A stretch of DNA of 64,000 nucleotides from Eledone cirrhosa (Eukaryota). The translations under genes and the position numbers were made by a program. Positions 59,445-64,000 of the stretch are shown one piece after another. Location of the stretch: assembly GCA_964016885.1 (NCBI GenBank), contig OZ024740.1:284208001-284272000 (forward strand), in the 5' to 3' direction. The notes under the pieces are model-generated. The model searched no databases, was not told where the DNA came from, and saw nothing but the letters and a program-made list of their open reading frames with translations. The first letter of the stretch is position 1. Every line of letters starts with the position of its first letter.

Positions 59445-60011
59445 GTGAAGCTGTCATAAAAGGGAACGTTATATTTTGGTTGCAACTGTATTTTCACTGC
59501 GGATCTTTCCACTTAAATTTAGAATTAGTTATGTAATTTTTCATAGCTGATGTGCTTATGCAAGCATATATCAGCAAGTTAATCAAGTTTTCTGCTAAAA
59601 CTGTTGTCTTGCCACTTGATTTCTTTGGTATAGAAATCTTTGAAGTATCTGTCATTGAACTTTTAGCAACTATCATAATTTTACAAACCATGCAGCTTTC
59701 TTTCACTAACACATCACTCTTCAATCATTCAGACAATATAAATCCATTTACTGTTATAAGCAACTGTAATTTACTTTGCAAGTATTGTAACATCCAGTTT
59801 ACAGTCCTTAACAACTTACAGTTCAAACATTCTTCATCGATTGCAACAACATAAATTCAACTACAATTGGAACTTTTAATTTAGCTAGTCTCAACATGAG
59901 ATATATATTTAGCTGAACAAATCTGCCAGTTCCGAAATATATGTTCATTCTCACTTTGTCTGTTTTAATCAAATGGTATACACAAATTACTTTGTATTAT
60001 TAGTTTACGTC

Positions 60012-60490
60012 GATTGGCAGTATCGGTAGAGGATCGGACGCCATGCTTTCCAGCATAGTTACGTCCCTTTACGGTCTGAGTTCAAATCTCGCCGAGGTTG
60101 ACTTTGCCTTTCATCCTTACGGGGTCGATAAAATAAAGTACCAGTAATGCACTGGGTAATTGCTGGCCTTGTGCCTAAAGTAGAAACAATTATTAGTTTA
60201 CGTCGGACGCCATGCTTTGACGCTACGGCCCTTGCAATTCTGAGTTCAAATCCCGCCGAGGTTAACTTTGCCTTTCATCCTTACGGGGTCGATAAAATAA
60301 AGTACCAGTAATGTACTGGGTAATTGCTGGCCTTGTGCCAAAAGTAGAAACAATTATTAGTTTACAGTCTGAGTTCAAATCCCGCCGAGCTTAACTTTGC
60401 CTTTCATCCTTACGGAGTCGATAAAATAAAGTACCAGTAATGTACTGAGTATTTGCTGGCCTTGTGCCTAAAGTAGAAACAATTATTAGT
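60012..60490 (+). mobile_element. Three tandem SINE A copies with progressively longer 5' truncations
   Basis: Three gagttcaaatc...agtagaaacaattattag units joined by attattagtttac. Confidence 0.88.
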
Positions 60491-62561
60491 TAGATTACTA
60501 TTATTAATGCTGCCAGTTTATACACTTATGAATTACTAATTTAAATCTGTACTGACAAGCCAAATGTACTCTACATGAACTGCTGCTTTTATATTTATTT
60601 AAACTGTCCATTTTTCTACAATGTATGCCTTTGTAACAGACTGCTTCTTTTTCATGCATTTTGCCATCAAGACCTCTGGGGTCCTAGGTCCCTGAACAGC
60701 CATTTTCTTCCACAAAATTAGAAACAGTTCATCTTGCCTGAGGAAGGAGCCCCATGAGGCAAAGGGGCTGATGTTGTGGTTGTCACTGGCTGTTCTCCAC
60801 TGCAATGCCTTTGTCATTTTGTCTATGGAGTGCAACTGAGATACACAGATAAACTGGAGTATAAAGTCTGCCCTTCCCTCTTCTATTTCCTTTACCTTTC
60901 TAATGTTATTTCTTGTTTTTTTCTTTCTTTTGCATTGATGAATTGTAAATTTCTGTTTTTTTATTTTTAAAGGGAATAAGTTGACCACAAATCATACTGT
61001 TATATTGTTTGGATCACATTTGAATAATTATTATCCTACCTATTAGACTAGGTGGAGCTAAACATTGCCAGTGGAAGTATAGAAATAAGCTTGTACATAT
61101 TGTAAATATAATTAGTGTGTATTTTGTTTTCTTTGTGCAACATTTTACATCACCTTAACACACACATAATGTTTGTATGTATATCATCATTATCATCACC
61201 ATTTAATTTCTATTTTTCATGCTTGTATGGTTTGGATGGGCTGTCACATACTGAGACCAGACTAATCAGGTGACCACATCTTGCTTGTATGCTCAGTCTT
61301 TGGCTTGGTTTCTAGGGCTGGATACCCTTCCTAAAACCAATATGTATGTGTGTGTGTGTATGTCTACTTTTATTTCTTCACTGATTTATATCAGTGTATA
61401 ATATAAAGATCAGCAAGAAAGCCAAAAAGAATGGTTGAAACATGCTGGGTGAAAGACATCTGTGAAGAATTTCTAATATAAAATATCCACAGTAGAGATA
61501 AATTAATTTATTTAAGAAAAGTAGACCAGATGTGAGAATGTTGAGCCCCACAGATGTGATAATATAGAAATGAGATGTATAAAAGATGCTGTATTACACA
61601 GCCCTGTCCAACCTATACCAATACATGCCAGCAAGGGAGACGTCGGATAATGTAGTTTGGGGTTCACTGCACCTGGAGGGATCACATGACTGGAATACTT
61701 TTTATCATAAGTTAACTCATTCAGTGCTGACCTGGGGCTAAACAACAACGAATCTATGCCAGCATGAGAAAGAGGCAATCTCTTCACAGTTATTAACAAG
61801 CAGGCTTTAACTAGCAGTCCATTAAAAGCCATGAAGCCCAGAAATAATCATTGAAGTACTACAAATACATGTCATAACTATCATATATCCATCACTCTTA
61901 TCTTAAAGAGCTTGCCAACACATTTACATGAATATATAACTTTCTAAAAGTTTAACAAGATGAGAAAGGTGATTAATAAACTTCTTTCTCAGAGACTGAT
62001 ATTTATGATCCCCATCAGCATTTTTCTATAAATAAATAAACATGTTTCAGAAGCTTTTTACAACGAACATTCACCAGTAAATTGCCATTACTATATTAAT
62101 AAATATGATTGTAAATGGAGAGATATCAAAAAAATGTCAGGCATGGTTGAAGTAGAAATGACAGAAGTTGTTAATAAATGCTGTGAATAATAAAATTAAT
62201 GTGAAGAGTACCACAAATGAATTGGCATTAACAGCTGATAATAATTAATATGGATTTGTGAGAAGACAGAGAGATAGTGAGGGAGTGAAGAAATAATATT
62301 GACACTAAATAAATCAGATTTTAGTTCCCATAATAGAGCCATAAATTTTTCCAGTAAAAAATGTTTTTCTAAATAAGGACAAATGTATGTAATAGGCTAT
62401 AAGATGTGATTCTACCACATGTAACAGAGTATTATATATATTTTATTTAATATGAGAAAAGTTGGTCTGAATTTAATTCCAAAGATTCGCACTGCAACAG
62501 TTTTCATTTAATGCCTACCAAATGGACTTTCAGAAATATGTTTAGAGCTTCCTTAACATTA

Positions 62562-62776
62562 CCCCTTTAAGCATTTACATTACTCTATATGTACTATTGT
62601 ATCTTTGTGGTAAATATCTTACATAATTATCTCACATATCGAATCTATGAGATTTTGATGTTATTTATTTTGAGAACAATACCATAACATAAGTCTGAGT
62701 TGCTGGTTACAGCCGGTTTGAACAAAAAGAGGTGAGAGAATTCTGGCTGGATATGGCCAGTTTAAATTCTAATGAG
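62562..62776. mobile_element. piggyBac-like MITE, diverged
   Basis: Internal sequence matches the 3229 and 39231 copies; termini are decayed. Confidence 0.65.
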
Positions 62777-62974
62777 TTAAAGAGAACTACAGATTTCGAA
62801 GTTATGATTGAAAAGTTGAAATGACAAAAAAAAAAAATAATATACTTTTCGGTTTACATGAGATTTGTATATATATATATATGACATATATAGATGTATG
62901 TATATATATATATGTATATGTGACGTGAATGTTGATATTTAAATTTGTGCATATAGCCATATTTCCTTCTCATT

Positions 62975-64000
62975 TCCAGCCCACCTGCCCCACCTCCACC
63001 ACGTTTGGTATACATGCCCGATGCTGTATGATAACGACTCGCTTGTGAATATATTATCGAGCAGACAAGGGTGGATGGAGGCTCCATAAGCCGTAGTGTA
63101 GGCAACCTGTCTAGAAGAGCTACCACTCCGAATAAATTGGTGCGGGATAGAGAAATCCCCTAAATCCAGTAAGACAACTTCCCTAGTGCTGGTGGCACGA
63201 ATAAAAGCACCCAGTCCATGCTGTAAAATGGAGGGGTGGATAGGGCCTCTGAGTCCAGTAAGACAACCTCTCTAGTGCTGGTGGCACGAATAGAAGCACC
63301 CAGTCCAAGCTGTAAAATGGAGGGATGGATAGAGCCCCTGAGTCTAGTAATACAACCTCTCTAGTGCTGATGGCACAAATAAAAGCACCCAGTCCAAGCT
63401 GTAAAGTGATGCTGGTATTAGGAAGGGCATCCGACCAGTATATATACTACTGCCAAACACTATGAACGCAACAAATGAAATTTGCAACAACTGCATAAAC
63501 AGCAATAACACTAACTATGTTAGGGCTGCACATGGTAGTGGGGTGGCTAGTGAGGCCATGTGTGAGAACCCCACGACCGTCATCAGGCAATCGCATAAAA
63601 ACAACTATGTAAACAGCAATAACACTAACCATGTTAGGGCTGCGCATGGTAGTGTGGTGGCTAGCGAGGCCATGTGTGAGAACCCCGCGACCGTCATCAA
63701 GCAATCGCACAACAGGAAAAAGAACGAGACGTCGCATCTCAGAGTTGCCACACTTAATGTTGGCACTCTAACAGGTAGATCTGGTGAGATAGCGGAGATG
63801 CTGGAGAGAAGGCATGTGGATGTGTGCAAGAGGTAAGATGGAGAGGTGCCTCTGCAAGCCTAATCGCAGGCAAACATTGTAGTTATAAGCTTTTCTGGGT
63901 GGGTAATGATGATGGCTTAGGTGGAGTGGGCATATTACTGGCTGAGAGATGGATCAATAAGACAATAGAGGTAGTTAGAGTTAGTAATAGAATAATTAAG
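62975..64000 (+). mobile_element. 5' end of an RTE-clade LINE: 5'UTR with tandem repeats and start of the APE endonuclease (frameshifted at about 63826)
   Basis: LRVATLNVGTLTGRSGEIAEMLERRHVDVC / EVRWRGASA...YKLFWVGNDDGLGGVGILLAERWI. The element runs off the end of the window. Confidence 0.85.

Noticed and set aside
59490-60990. Short ORFs as host exons or transposase
   Set aside because: No recognisable motifs or convincing splice-site pairs; possibly highly decayed repeats.
62975-63150. HDV-like ribozyme at the RTE 5' end
   Set aside because: Plausible for RTE elements, but I could not assemble the nested double pseudoknot by eye; it needs a descriptor search.

Overview
AT-rich, repeat-dominated eukaryotic (animal) DNA, most likely an octopod cephalopod. 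This is inferred from the SINE types and the very long (TA)n tracts. Only one host gene is visible: a minus-strand start exon (7717-7741) spliced to a 461-bp exon (6509-6969). The rest is transposable elements and microsatellites: CR1-clade and RTE-clade LINEs, several Penelope-like elements (GIY-YIG endonuclease), tRNA-derived SINEs, non-autonomous Helitrons, hAT/piggyBac-type MITEs, and a 200-N gap. The main finding is a near-perfect 310-bp tandem array (16901-21048; about 10.3 units in one orientation, folding back into about 3 inverted units). Every full unit carries a type I hammerhead ribozyme with an extended helix I, so the locus looks like a retrozyme / circular-RNA-type element. The window also holds several other hammerhead folds in Penelope terminal repeats. 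One has a non-canonical core (CAGAAGA) that is conserved across copies, and it has been captured by a Helitron family. All RNA folds were paired by eye and none has been tested computationally or biochemically.
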